Below are positions 10,992 through 20,555 of a stretch of 64,000 nucleotides of DNA, piece after piece. The stretch comes from Alphaproteobacteria bacterium. Its GTDB lineage: Bacteria; Pseudomonadota; Alphaproteobacteria; SP197. The stretch is taken from assembly GCA_965200215.1 (NCBI GenBank), contig OZ241369.1, forward strand, positions 2,121,534-2,185,533. Direction: 5' to 3'. Under the pieces are notes generated by a model. That model was not told the origin of the DNA, searched no databases, and was given only the letters and a program-made list of their open reading frames with translations. Both the position numbers and the translations under genes were made by a program. Each line of letters starts with the position of its first letter. Positions within the stretch are counted from its first letter, which is position 1.

Positions 10992-13088
10992 ATGGTCCAG
11001 CACCGCCTGCAACCACTGCTCTGCCCCCGTTCCATCGCCGTCGTCGGCGCCTCGCCCAGGCCGGGAACCTTCGGCCGCAGTTGTTGGCAGGCAGTGCTGG
11101 AAACCGGCTTCGACGGCGACCTTTTCCTGGTCAATCCGCGTTACGACGAAATCGAAGGCCGTCCCTGCTGGCCCGATCTCGCCTCCCTGCCCCGTCCGGT
11201 GGAGCACGCGGCGCTGATCGTCGCCAATGCCCGCCTGGAGAGCGTCTTCGACGCTGCCGTCGCCGCCGGCATCCCGGCGGCCACGATCTTCGCGTCGGGC
11301 TATCTGGAAGACGATGGCGACCCGCCGCTGCTGCAACGGCTGAAGGCCAAGGCGCGGCAGGTGGGGCTGCTGGTCTGCGGTGGCAACGGCTCGGGCTTCG
11401 TCAACCGTGCCGAGAAAGTCCAGGTCGCCCTGGCGGGCAGACGCGCTTCCATGGAGACCGGCCCGGTCGCGCTGATCTCCCAGTCGGGTTCAGTCTATCT
11501 GGGGCTGGTCCAGACCGATGGCCGCCTGGGCTTCAATCTCACCGTCTCCTCGGGCCAGGAGATATCGGTCACGGCCGCCGACTATATGGATTATGCGCTG
11601 GAACTGGAATCGACCCGTGCCATCGCGCTCTTCCTGGAGACGATTCGCGACCCGCAGACCTTTCGTGCCGCCGCCGAAAAAGCCCTGGCGCGCGGCGTGC
11701 CGATCGTCGCCGTGAAGGCGGCGCGCACTGAGGAGAGCGCCCGCATGGCGGTCGGCCACTCCGGTGCGCTGGCCGGCGACGATGCCGCTCACGACGCCTT
11801 CTTCGAACGCCACGCTGTGCTGCGCGCCGACGACATCGCCGAGATGATCGCCACTCTGCAACTGGCGATCCAGCCCCGCCCCTTCGTCCCCGGTGGCCTG
11901 ATAGCGATGACCGATTCCGGCGGCGAGCGCGAGCATCTGGTCGATCTCGCCGAAGCCCGGGGTGTCCCCTTCGCGCGCATCTCTCCGCAGACGAAGGCGA
12001 AGCTGGCATCGCGCCTGGAATACGGTCTGGAGCCGGCCAACCCGCTCGATGCCTGGGGCACCGGCAAGGATTATGTCGCCATCTTCTCCGATTGCTGGCA
12101 GGCGTTGATGGCCGACCCGGCCGCCGCCATGGGCCTGTGGGTCGCCGACATGCGCGACCGCGAACCGTATCGCAAGCATTTCATCGAGGGTGCCAGCGCG
12201 GTCTGCCAGCGCACCAGCAAGCCCATGGCCTTCGCCACCTGCGTGCCGGGCGGCATCGTCCACGAGACGGCGCGGCACCTCTATGCGCTGGGCATCCCTT
12301 TCATCGACGGGCTGGGGCCAGCCGTCGCCGCCTTCGCCCATACGATGGCTTGGCGCGACCGGCGCGCGTCGCCCGCCATGGTGCCGCCGCCGGGGCCGGA
12401 TGGGGCCACCGTCGCCCGCTGGCGGCGGCGCCTGGTGGCGGGCGGGCCGCTGGGCGAAGGCGATGGCTTGGCGCTGGCGCGCGATTTCGTCCTGCCGACA
12501 GTGGAGACGGTGGCGGTCGCCAGCGAGGAGGAGGCGGTCCAGGCGGCGGCGCGCCTGGGCGGCAAGGTGGTGCTGAAGACGGCCATGCCCGGCCTGGCCC
12601 ACAAATCCGATGTCGGTGGCGTCGTTCTGGGCCTGGAAGGCGGCGAGGCGGTCGCCGCCGCCTTTCGTTCCCTGGCGGCCAGCCTGGGGCCGCGCTGCCT
12701 GGTGCAGCCACTGGCGCCCGCCGGCACCGAGATGGTCTTCGGCTTGGTGAAGGACGCGCAATTCGGGCCGCTGGTGCTGGTGGGCGCCGGCGGCATCTTC
12801 GTGGAAGCGCTAAGGGACACGACGCTCGCCGTGCCGCCCTTCGATGCCCGCTTCGCCCGCCGGTTGATCGACCGGCTCAGGGCGCGTCCGCTGCTGGACG
12901 GCGGGCGCGGGCGGGCGGCAGCCGATATCGACGCCCTGGCCCTGGCGCTGGCCCGTTTTTCGGTGCTGGCCGCCTGCCTTGGCGATATACTGGCTGAATT
13001 CGAACTCAACCCGGTGCTTGCCGGGGCGCAAGGGCCGCTGGCCGTCGATGCCCTGCTGCGCCCACAGACCGAGGGAGAAAAGCCATGA
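10992..13088 (+). CDS. Acetate--CoA ligase family protein (ADP-forming acyl-CoA synthetase, CoA-binding + ATP-grasp domains fused)
   Basis: 698 aa. The N-terminus SIAVVGASPRPGTFG matches a CoA-binding domain. Succinyl-CoA-synthetase-like alpha and beta portions are present, with C-terminal ATP-grasp motifs (KSDVGGVVLGL). It lies 31 nt downstream of soxB on the same strand. Confidence 0.85.
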   Translation: MVQHRLQPLLCPRSIAVVGASPRPGTFGRSCWQAVLETGFDGDLFLVNPRYDEIEGRPCWPDLASLPRPVEHAALIVANARLESVFDAAVAAGIPAATIFASGYLEDDGDPPLLQRLKAKARQVGLLVCGGNGSGFVNRAEKVQVALAGRRASMETGPVALISQSGSVYLGLVQTDGRLGFNLTVSSGQEISVTAADYMDYALELESTRAIALFLETIRDPQTFRAAAEKALARGVPIVAVKAARTEESARMAVGHSGALAGDDAAHDAFFERHAVLRADDIAEMIATLQLAIQPRPFVPGGLIAMTDSGGEREHLVDLAEARGVPFARISPQTKAKLASRLEYGLEPANPLDAWGTGKDYVAIFSDCWQALMADPAAAMGLWVADMRDREPYRKHFIEGASAVCQRTSKPMAFATCVPGGIVHETARHLYALGIPFIDGLGPAVAAFAHTMAWRDRRASPAMVPPPGPDGATVARWRRRLVAGGPLGEGDGLALARDFVLPTVETVAVASEEEAVQAAARLGGKVVLKTAMPGLAHKSDVGGVVLGLEGGEAVAAAFRSLAASLGPRCLVQPLAPAGTEMVFGLVKDAQFGPLVLVGAGGIFVEALRDTTLAVPPFDARFARRLIDRLRARPLLDGGRGRAAADIDALALALARFSVLAACLGDILAEFELNPVLAGAQGPLAVDALLRPQTEGEKP

Positions 13089-13888
13089 GCGAGGTTCTCT
13101 GTGAAATCGAGGGCAGGATCGCCAAAGTCACCATCGACCGTGCGGCGAAGATGAACTCCCTCAATCCGCCGCTGATGGCCGAACTCTCCGGCGTTCTGCG
13201 CGAACTGGACGCCGAGGCGGAGGTCTCGGTGGTCGTGCTGACCGGTGCCGGCGAGCACTTCGGTGCCGGCTACGATCTGAAATACGCATGGGGTGCGGAA
13301 TATGGCCGCGATTCCATGGGCACGCGTCGCATGCTGAAGGACTGCGCGGACTTCGAGTTTTCCCCCTGGGATTGTTCGAAGCCGGTGATCGCCATGGTGC
13401 GGGGCTGGTGCCTGGCCGGTTCCTGCGAGCTGGCGATGATGTGCTGCATCACCTATGCCAGCGAAACCGCGCGCTTCGGCGAGCCGGAGATCCGCTTCTC
13501 CACCGCTCCGCCCGCCCTCGTCATGCCCTGGTTCGTCGGCCTGAAGAAAGCGCGCGAGCTGCTTTATACCGGCGATACCATCGACGCCGAAGAGGCCTGG
13601 CGCATCGGCATGGTGAACCGGGTGGTCCCCGACGATGCGCTGGAGGCGGAGACCATGCGCTATGCGCGCCGCGCCGCCGCCATTTCGCTGGAAGGCTTGC
13701 AGACCACCAAGGCCGCCATCAATCGCGGCGCCGAAATCGCCGGCATCAGGAACGCCGTCGCCTATGGCGTCGAGGTAGGCGGTGCCCTTGATGCGGCGCA
13801 AACGGAGCAATACCGCCAATTCGAGGCGGTGAAGCGCGAAAAGGGCCTTTCCGCCGCCATTCGCTGGCGCGAGAGCCAGTTCGAGTGA
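13085..13888 (+). CDS. Enoyl-CoA hydratase/isomerase (crotonase) family protein
   Basis: 267 aa with a crotonase-fold signature (GAGEHFGAGYDL, MVRGWCLAGSCELAMMCC). Its start overlaps the upstream stop (ATGA), implying translational coupling. Confidence 0.85.
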   Translation: MSEVLCEIEGRIAKVTIDRAAKMNSLNPPLMAELSGVLRELDAEAEVSVVVLTGAGEHFGAGYDLKYAWGAEYGRDSMGTRRMLKDCADFEFSPWDCSKPVIAMVRGWCLAGSCELAMMCCITYASETARFGEPEIRFSTAPPALVMPWFVGLKKARELLYTGDTIDAEEAWRIGMVNRVVPDDALEAETMRYARRAAAISLEGLQTTKAAINRGAEIAGIRNAVAYGVEVGGALDAAQTEQYRQFEAVKREKGLSAAIRWRESQFE

Positions 13889-13931
13889 GGGTGCCCGGCC
13901 ACGACCTTGCGCCCCACTATCCTTCCGTCCC

Positions 13932-14720
13932 GTGATGTCCGTCATGGCTTTTCCCATCGCCCACCGCTGGTTCGCTCGTCGTCGCATCGACGACGACATC
14001 ACGCTCATCTGGGAACCCCATGTCGATCCCCTGGGCCGCTGCAACATCTGGCATGTGCGAGGCGCCGAAGCCGACCTCCTGGTCGATACCGGCATGGGCA
14101 TCACCCAGTTGCGGCCTGCCATCGAAGACCTGTTCGGCCATGCCGTCATCGCCTTCGCCACCCACACCCATTTCGATCATGTCGGTGGCCTGCACGAGTT
14201 CGAAAACCGCGTCGTCTCCCGACATGAGGCCGAGCGCATGGCGGCCGGCGATGCTCGTGTCTCCCTCTTTCGCGACGATATGGATCCCATCGTCCGGGAC
14301 TCCATCGAGGAGGCCGGCTACCGCATCGCCGATTGCCTGATCGACGCCCTGCCACAGGCTGGCTGGAATCCGCGCGCCTGGCGCATCCACCCCGCCCGTC
14401 CTACCCGCGTGGTCGACGAGGGGGACGAAGTCTCGCTCGGTAACCGTCGTTTCGAGGTGCTGCACCTGCCGGGTCATTCGCCGGGCAGCGTCGGCCTCTG
14501 GGAGTCGGAAACGGGTGTGCTGTTCTCCGGCGATGCCGTCTATGACGGGCCGTTGCTGGACACCCTCCCGGAATCCGATCTTGCCGCTTATGCGCGCACC
14601 ATGGAACGACTTCTGCAGCTGCCGGTCACGGTGGTCCATGCCGGCCACGATCCCAGCTTCGAACGCCAGAAGCTGCGGCAGATCTGCCGCGCCTGGCTGG
14701 CCGCGCGGGCGACTTCGTGA
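13932..14720 (+). CDS. MBL-fold metallo-hydrolase
   Basis: Carries the HTHFDHVGG (HxHxDH) zinc-binding motif and the downstream His/Asp ligands typical of the metallo-beta-lactamase superfamily. Confidence 0.85.
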   Translation: MMSVMAFPIAHRWFARRRIDDDITLIWEPHVDPLGRCNIWHVRGAEADLLVDTGMGITQLRPAIEDLFGHAVIAFATHTHFDHVGGLHEFENRVVSRHEAERMAAGDARVSLFRDDMDPIVRDSIEEAGYRIADCLIDALPQAGWNPRAWRIHPARPTRVVDEGDEVSLGNRRFEVLHLPGHSPGSVGLWESETGVLFSGDAVYDGPLLDTLPESDLAAYARTMERLLQLPVTVVHAGHDPSFERQKLRQICRAWLAARATS

Positions 14721-16369
14721 CGACGCACGGCTATTACGATCTCGGCCGCCACAGCTGGCCCGTCACCACCATCTCCGGCGATGCGCAGCTGTGGTTCGAC
14801 CGCGGGCTCGCCTGGCTCCAGGGCTTCAATCACGAGGCGGCGGTGAACTGTTTCCGGCACGCGCTTCGCTACGACGGCAGTTGTGCCATGGCCCATTGGG
14901 GTATCGCCTATGCCACGGGGCCCAATTACAACCGCCTGTGGCAGGATTTCGACGAGCGGGAACGAACCCAATGCCTGGACCGCGCGCGGGCGGAAAGCCG
15001 CCTGGCGATGGAAAAGTCTGCGCCTGGCACCGCCCTGGAACGGGCGTTATGCGAGGCGCTTCTGGCCCGTTATCCGCTTTGCGGTGGCGACGATTTCGAC
15101 GGCTGGAACGACGCCTATGCCGTTGCCATGCGCTGCGTTCATTCCGGGAATCGCGGTCATCTGGAGATCGCGGCGCTGTTCGCCGAGGCGCTGCTGAACC
15201 GCACGCCCTGGCAGCTGTGGGACAAGGCCGGCCGGCCGACAGAGGGCGCCGACACGCTGGAAGCGATCGCCGTGCTTGAAGACGCCCTGCAAAGCGTCGA
15301 AGGCGCCTGGCAGCACGCGGGCATTCTCCACATGTACATCCATGCCATGGAAATGTCCGCTCACCCCGAGCGCGCCCAGAAAGCCGCCGATGCGCTTTTC
15401 GACCTGGTGCCGGATTCGGGTCATCTGCAGCACATGCCCAGCCATATCGATGTCCTGTGCGGCCACTACCACCATGTCCTCACCCGCAACCAAGCGGCCG
15501 TGGTGGCCGACCGCAAATATCTGGAACGCGAAGGCGCGCTGAATTTCTATTCCGGCTACCGCGCCCACGACTACCATTTCAAGGTTTATGGCGCGATGTT
15601 CCTGGGCCAGCTCGCCCCGGCGCTCGAAGCGGCCGAGGAGATGGTGGCGACCCTGCCGCCGTCGCTGCTGGCGACCGGCTCGCCCCCCATGGCCGACTGG
15701 CTGGAAGGCTATATCCCGATCAAACAGCATGTGCTGATCCGCTTCGGGCGCTGGCGCGACATCCTCGATCAGGTGTTGCCGGAGGATTCGGAGCTGTACT
15801 GCACCACCACCGCCATGATGCGCTATGCGCGCACGGTCGCACGCTCGGCCCTGGGCGATATCGCCGGCGCCGAGGCCGAACGGGACGCTTTCATGGCGGC
15901 GCGCGCGCAGGTGCCGGAGAGCCGCAAACTCTTCCACAACACCTGCCTCGACATCCTGGCGGTCGCCGAACAGATGCTTCTGGGCGAGTTGGAATACCGC
16001 AAGGGCAACGTCGAGAGCGCCTTCGGCCATCTGCGCCGTTCCGTGGAGCTCGACGACAACATGCTCTACGACGAACCCTGGGCGTGGATGCAGCCCACGC
16101 GCCATGCGCTGGGCGCGCTGCTGGTGGAACAGGGTCGCTTCGGCGAGGCGGAAGCGGTCTATCGCGCCGATCTCGGCCTCGACGGCACGCTTCGCCGCTG
16201 CTGCCAGCATCCCGACAACGTCTGGAGTCTGCACGGCCTCCACGAGTGTCTGCTGCGGCGCGGCGCCGGGGCGGAGGCGGCCTTCGTCGCCCAACGCCTC
16301 GCCATCGCCGCCGCCCGCGCCGACGTGTCCATCCGCGCCTCCTGCTTCTGCCGGCTGCCGGTGCAGTGA
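14717..16369 (+). CDS. Hypothetical protein, 550 aa, His-rich and helical (TPR-like?)
   Basis: Its start overlaps the upstream stop, so it is the last gene of the apparent operon at 10992-16369. Strong GC3 bias supports coding. His clusters (HMYIHAMEMSAHPE, HLQHMPSHIDVLCGHYHH) suggest metal binding. I cannot assign a family from sequence alone. Confidence 0.6.
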   Translation: MTTHGYYDLGRHSWPVTTISGDAQLWFDRGLAWLQGFNHEAAVNCFRHALRYDGSCAMAHWGIAYATGPNYNRLWQDFDERERTQCLDRARAESRLAMEKSAPGTALERALCEALLARYPLCGGDDFDGWNDAYAVAMRCVHSGNRGHLEIAALFAEALLNRTPWQLWDKAGRPTEGADTLEAIAVLEDALQSVEGAWQHAGILHMYIHAMEMSAHPERAQKAADALFDLVPDSGHLQHMPSHIDVLCGHYHHVLTRNQAAVVADRKYLEREGALNFYSGYRAHDYHFKVYGAMFLGQLAPALEAAEEMVATLPPSLLATGSPPMADWLEGYIPIKQHVLIRFGRWRDILDQVLPEDSELYCTTTAMMRYARTVARSALGDIAGAEAERDAFMAARAQVPESRKLFHNTCLDILAVAEQMLLGELEYRKGNVESAFGHLRRSVELDDNMLYDEPWAWMQPTRHALGALLVEQGRFGEAEAVYRADLGLDGTLRRCCQHPDNVWSLHGLHECLLRRGAGAEAAFVAQRLAIAAARADVSIRASCFCRLPVQ

Positions 16370-16684
16370 CGACGGCAGGCGGGGTGTCCGTGGCGGCGGC
16401 CATGGCCACGATGGCCGGCAGGGCGGTGCCGAACGCGGCATCGGGCGTGGGATCGCCCTGGCGATGGCCCGGCCGGGCGCGGCAGTGGCCGTGAACGACA
16501 CCGGCGGCGCGCTGGGCGGCTCGGGCCGCGATGCACGCCCCGCCTTCGAAACGGCCGCCGCCCTCCGTCCGCTGGAAACGACGCTGGACGTCTTCGACGG
16601 CTGAAGGGCCTCGATCGCCGTCGGCGCCCCGGGGCGTCTTCGCCCGCTTTGACGCCGGGCGGTCGACGGCTAGGCTGACGGCGG

Positions 16685-18964
16685 GTGGTGCGGGGACGAA
16701 GGGCGATGTCGGAGCGGGTGACGGTGAGCGACGCCGAAGCGTTGCGCTTCCATGCCGAGGGGCGGCCCGGCAAGCTGGCCATCGCACCTACCAAGCCGCT
16801 GGCCACCGCCCGCGACCTCTCGCTCGCCTATTCGCCCGGCGTGGCGGCGCCCTGCCTGGAGATCCACCGCGACCCGTCGCTGGTGTTCGATTACACCGCC
16901 CGCGGCAACACGGTGGCGATCGTCTCCAACGGCTCGGCCGTGCTGGGGCTGGGCCATCTCGGGGCGCGGGCGGCCAAGCCGGTGATGGAAGGCAAGGCGG
17001 TGCTGTTCAAGCGTTTCGCCGATGTGGACGGGATCGACATCGAGATCGACAGCGACGACGTAGACGAGATCGTCGCCACGGTGCGCCTCATCAGCCCCAC
17101 CTTCGGCGGCGTCAATCTGGAAGACATCAAGGCGCCCGAATGTTTCGTCGTCGAACAGCGGCTGCGCGAGGTGGTCGATATCCCCATCTTCCACGACGAT
17201 CAGCACGGCACGGCGATCATCTGCCTGGCGGGCATCGTCAATGCCCTGGAGATCGCCGGTAAGGCGCTGAAGGACTGCAAGGTGGTGGTGAACGGCGCCG
17301 GCGCGGCAGGCATCGCCTGTCTGGAGCTCGTCAAGGCCCGCGGCCTGCCTCACGACAACGCGCTTCTGTGCGATTCCCGCGGCGTCGTCTTCCGCGGCCG
17401 CGAGGAGGGCATGAACCAGTGGAAGTCGGCTCATGCCGCCGACACCCCGGCCCGCAGCCTGGCCGAGGCCATGGAGGGCGCCGACATCTTCCTGGGTGTC
17501 TCGGTCAAGGGGGCGGTGACCGCCGCCATGGTGGAGTCGATGGCGGCGAAGCCGATCGTCTTCGCCATGGCCAATCCCGACCCCGAGATCCTGCCGGAGG
17601 AGGTGCGGGCGGTGCGCGGCGACGCCATCGTGGCCACGGGCCGTTCCGACTATCCCAACCAGGTCAACAATGTGCTGGGCTTTCCCTACATCTTCCGCGG
17701 CGCGCTCGATGTCCGCGCCACCACCATCGACGATGCCATGAAGATCGCCGCCGCCGAGGCCATCGCCGCCCTGGCCCGCGAAGACGTGCCCGACGAGGTG
17801 GCCTCCGCCTATGCCGGCAGCGCCCTGCGCTTCGGCCCCGACTACATCATTCCCAAGCCCTTCGATCCCCGGCTGATCGGGCGCGTGCCGCCGGCGGTGG
17901 CCCGCGCCGCCATGGAGTCGGGCGTCGCGCGGCGCCCCATCGTCGACATGCCGGCCTATCGCGCCCAGCTTTCGGGGCGGCTGTCGCCCGTGGCCGGTCG
18001 CATGTACGAGGTGTTCGAGCAGGCCCGCGCCCGGCAGGCGCGGGTGGTGTTCGCCGAGGGCGAGGAGGAGAAGACCGTGCGCGCCGCTGCCCTGTGGCGC
18101 GACCAGGGTCTGGGTACGGCCACGCTGGTGGGGCGCGCGCCGCGCATCCGCGAGCGCATGGAACGGCTCGGCATCGACCCGGACGGCATCGGTATCGCCA
18201 ACGCCGCCGAGACCGACGAACGCGAGCGTTACGTGGAACTGGTCTATGCCCGCATGCGGCGCCAGGGCGCCCTGCTGCGCGATTGCCAGCGCTGGATCAG
18301 CCTGGACCGCAACGTCTTCGCCGCCGCTCTGCTGGCGGCGGGCGACGCCGACGCCATGGTGACGGGCCTGACGCGCAACTATGCCAGCGCGCTCGCCCAT
18401 GTCCGCCGCGTGCTGCAGGCGCGGCCAGGCGAGATCGTGTGCGGCATGGCGATCCTGGTTTCGGGCGGCCAGACCCTGTTCGTGGCCGATACCACGGTCA
18501 ACGAAGCGCCCACGGCCGAACAGCTGGCCGATATCGCGTTGCAGGCAGCCGCCAAGGTGCGCAGCCTGGGGGTGGAGCCGCGCGTGGCGCTGATGTCGTT
18601 TTCCAATTTCGGCAGCCGCGGCGAGGCGCAGACGCGCCATCTGCGCACCGCCGTCGCCATCCTCCGCGAACGCGGCGTCGACTTCGAGGTGGACGGCGAG
18701 ATGGCCCCCGATACGGCGCTCGACCCCGGGATGCTGGCCTACTACCCGTTCAGCCATCTCAACGGCCCGGCCAACGTGCTGATCATGCCCAATCTCCACA
18801 CCGCCAACATCGCCTACAAGCTGATCGAGGAGATGGACGGTGCCGAGGTCATCGGCCCGATCCTTCTGGGTTTCGAGGCGCCGGTCCAGGTCGTGCGGCT
18901 CGGAGCGACCGTGAACGACCTTCTCAACATGGCCGCACTCGCCGCCATCGATGCGAGAATCTGA
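16685..18964 (+). CDS. maeB: NADP-dependent malic enzyme (malic enzyme domain fused to a phosphotransacetylase-like domain)
   Basis: 759 aa. The N-terminal malic-enzyme region (SLAYSPGVAAPCLEI, VVNGAGAAGIAC) and a C-terminal PTA-like domain match the MaeB architecture. Confidence 0.9.
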   Translation: MVRGRRAMSERVTVSDAEALRFHAEGRPGKLAIAPTKPLATARDLSLAYSPGVAAPCLEIHRDPSLVFDYTARGNTVAIVSNGSAVLGLGHLGARAAKPVMEGKAVLFKRFADVDGIDIEIDSDDVDEIVATVRLISPTFGGVNLEDIKAPECFVVEQRLREVVDIPIFHDDQHGTAIICLAGIVNALEIAGKALKDCKVVVNGAGAAGIACLELVKARGLPHDNALLCDSRGVVFRGREEGMNQWKSAHAADTPARSLAEAMEGADIFLGVSVKGAVTAAMVESMAAKPIVFAMANPDPEILPEEVRAVRGDAIVATGRSDYPNQVNNVLGFPYIFRGALDVRATTIDDAMKIAAAEAIAALAREDVPDEVASAYAGSALRFGPDYIIPKPFDPRLIGRVPPAVARAAMESGVARRPIVDMPAYRAQLSGRLSPVAGRMYEVFEQARARQARVVFAEGEEEKTVRAAALWRDQGLGTATLVGRAPRIRERMERLGIDPDGIGIANAAETDERERYVELVYARMRRQGALLRDCQRWISLDRNVFAAALLAAGDADAMVTGLTRNYASALAHVRRVLQARPGEIVCGMAILVSGGQTLFVADTTVNEAPTAEQLADIALQAAAKVRSLGVEPRVALMSFSNFGSRGEAQTRHLRTAVAILRERGVDFEVDGEMAPDTALDPGMLAYYPFSHLNGPANVLIMPNLHTANIAYKLIEEMDGAEVIGPILLGFEAPVQVVRLGATVNDLLNMAALAAIDARI

Positions 18965-18966
18965 TC

Positions 18967-20418
18967 GTGCCGCCGCGCCCGGCGGTTCGCGCCGTGCCGG
19001 CCGGCCTGGGCCTGCGGCTCGTCGGGCCGCCCGTGGCCCTGGCGGCGCTGGCGTTCGCGGTGCTGGCGGCGGCGGGCGCGATCGCGCCGCTGGCGGCGGC
19101 GCTGGCGTTCGCGGCGCTGGCGGCGGCGCTGGCGGCGCTGCTCCTGCCTCTGGCGGCGAACCTCTCTGCCCTGGCCCGCTGGCTGGCAGGACGGGCGGAA
19201 GGCGCCAGCGCGTCGCCCGCCCTGCGCGCCGGGCCGGCACACAGCGCCATCGCCACCCTGGCCACCGCCATCGGCGGCCTGCTGGACGCCGGGGGCGCCC
19301 ATATCGCCCGTCTGACCGCCGAGACCGACCGCCTGCTCGATGGCCTGCCCTATCCGCTCCTGGTGCTGGGGCGCGACCGCCAGCTGCTGCGCCTCAACCG
19401 CGCCGCCCACACGCTCTTCGGCGACCGCCCGGCGAGCGACCTCCTGGGGCGCGACCTGGCCCATGCGCTGCGCGACCCCGTCCTCGACGAGGCCGTCGGC
19501 CGGGTGCTGGCGGGCGCCGCCGGGGCCAGCGTCGAACTGGCCATCGCCGACGGGCGGGTGGAAAGGCTCTTCGCCGTCGCCGTGGCGCCGCTGGAAGACG
19601 CGGGCGACGGCGCCTCTCCAGGGACGGCAGGCGTCGTGGGCGGGGATGCGCCGATGGTCATGGTCACCCTTCACGACATCACCGCCATCCGCCGCACGGA
19701 GGAGCTGCGGGTGGATTTCGTGGCCAATGCCAGCCATGAGATCCGCTCGCCTCTCACCGCTCTGATCGGTTGCATCGAAACCCTGCGCGGGCCGGCCTGG
19801 GACGACGACCAAGCGCGCGCGACCTTCCTGGAGATGATGGACGACCAGGGGCGCCGCATGGCGCGGCTGGTGGACGACCTGCTCTCGCTCTCGCGCATCG
19901 AACTGAAGGAACACACGCAGCCGACGGGCAAGGTCGATCTCGCCGCCATGCTGGAACGCCTGCGCGTCTCCTTGCGGTTCGACGTCGCCGAAAAGGAGAT
20001 GACGATCGCGCTCGACGTGGCGTCCGGCCTCGCTCCGGCGCGTGGCGACGAAGGCGAGCTGGAACAGGCGCTCTACAACCTGGTCTCGAACGCCATCCGC
20101 TACGGCAGGCGGGGCACGACGGTATCCGTGTGCGCCGGGGTCAGCGAAAGCCCGCCCGACCATCTGCGCCTTTCCAGCGGACCACTGCTGTGGGTGGCGG
20201 TGGGCGACGACGGTGAGGGCATCGAGCCCCACCACCTGCCGCGCCTCACCGAGCGCTTTTACCGGGTCGATGCGGCGCGCAGCCGGGCGTTGAGTGGCAC
20301 CGGGCTCGGGCTCGCCATCGTCAAGCATGTCCTCAACCGCCACCGCGGCGAGCTCCACATCGAAAGCCGTGTCGGCGAGGGTTCCACATTCACCATCTGG
20401 TTGCCGACCTGGGGATAA
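18967..20418 (+). CDS. phoR: Phosphate regulon sensor histidine kinase PhoR
   Basis: The order is two Ala/Leu-rich hydrophobic segments, a PAS-like region, the H-box (ANASHEIRSPLTAL) and a HATPase_c domain (GTGLGLAIVKHV). It lies directly upstream of pstS. The start is uncertain: GTG 18967 immediately follows the maeB stop. The track ORF 17368-20418 is a read-through artefact. Confidence 0.8.
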   Translation: MPPRPAVRAVPAGLGLRLVGPPVALAALAFAVLAAAGAIAPLAAALAFAALAAALAALLLPLAANLSALARWLAGRAEGASASPALRAGPAHSAIATLATAIGGLLDAGGAHIARLTAETDRLLDGLPYPLLVLGRDRQLLRLNRAAHTLFGDRPASDLLGRDLAHALRDPVLDEAVGRVLAGAAGASVELAIADGRVERLFAVAVAPLEDAGDGASPGTAGVVGGDAPMVMVTLHDITAIRRTEELRVDFVANASHEIRSPLTALIGCIETLRGPAWDDDQARATFLEMMDDQGRRMARLVDDLLSLSRIELKEHTQPTGKVDLAAMLERLRVSLRFDVAEKEMTIALDVASGLAPARGDEGELEQALYNLVSNAIRYGRRGTTVSVCAGVSESPPDHLRLSSGPLLWVAVGDDGEGIEPHHLPRLTERFYRVDAARSRALSGTGLGLAIVKHVLNRHRGELHIESRVGEGSTFTIWLPTWG

Positions 20419-20427
20419 CCGGTCCGA

Positions 20428-20468
20428 TGTGTCACGAAACCTTCATGATGCTGCAATAAATCCTTCAC
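20428..20468 (+). promoter_or_regulatory. Candidate Pho box (PhoB binding site) upstream of pstS
   Basis: Four phased hexamer-like half-sites with ~10-11 bp periodicity: TGTCAC-5nt-CTTCAT-5nt-TGCAAT-4nt-CTTCAC, sitting 88-128 nt upstream of the pstS ATG. This resembles the CTGTCAT-type Pho box repeat architecture. Confidence 0.45.
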
Positions 20469-20555
20469 TCGCCGTCCCTAGGGTGCCGGCGCGAACGCAC
20501 GGGCGGTCCGGTGCGGGACGACCCCAGACGATCGATTCTGGGCCCAGGAGGGGAC

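Noticed and set aside
9668-11134. 488-aa minus-strand ORF antisense to soxB, and similar long antisense ORFs at 11490-12761, 12281-14167, 15047-16501, 16670-19240, 18814-20358, 20478-21833, 23035-24102 and 28363-30867.
   Set aside because: These are typical high-GC antisense shadow ORFs: Arg/Ala/Gly/Pro-rich, with no domain motifs, and each overlaps a sense-strand gene with strong homology and GC3 bias.
17368-20418. 1016-aa plus-strand ORF spanning maeB and phoR.
   Set aside because: Only the 3' part (from ~18967) is real phoR. The upstream part is an out-of-frame read-through across maeB, allowed by stop-codon scarcity in GC-rich DNA.
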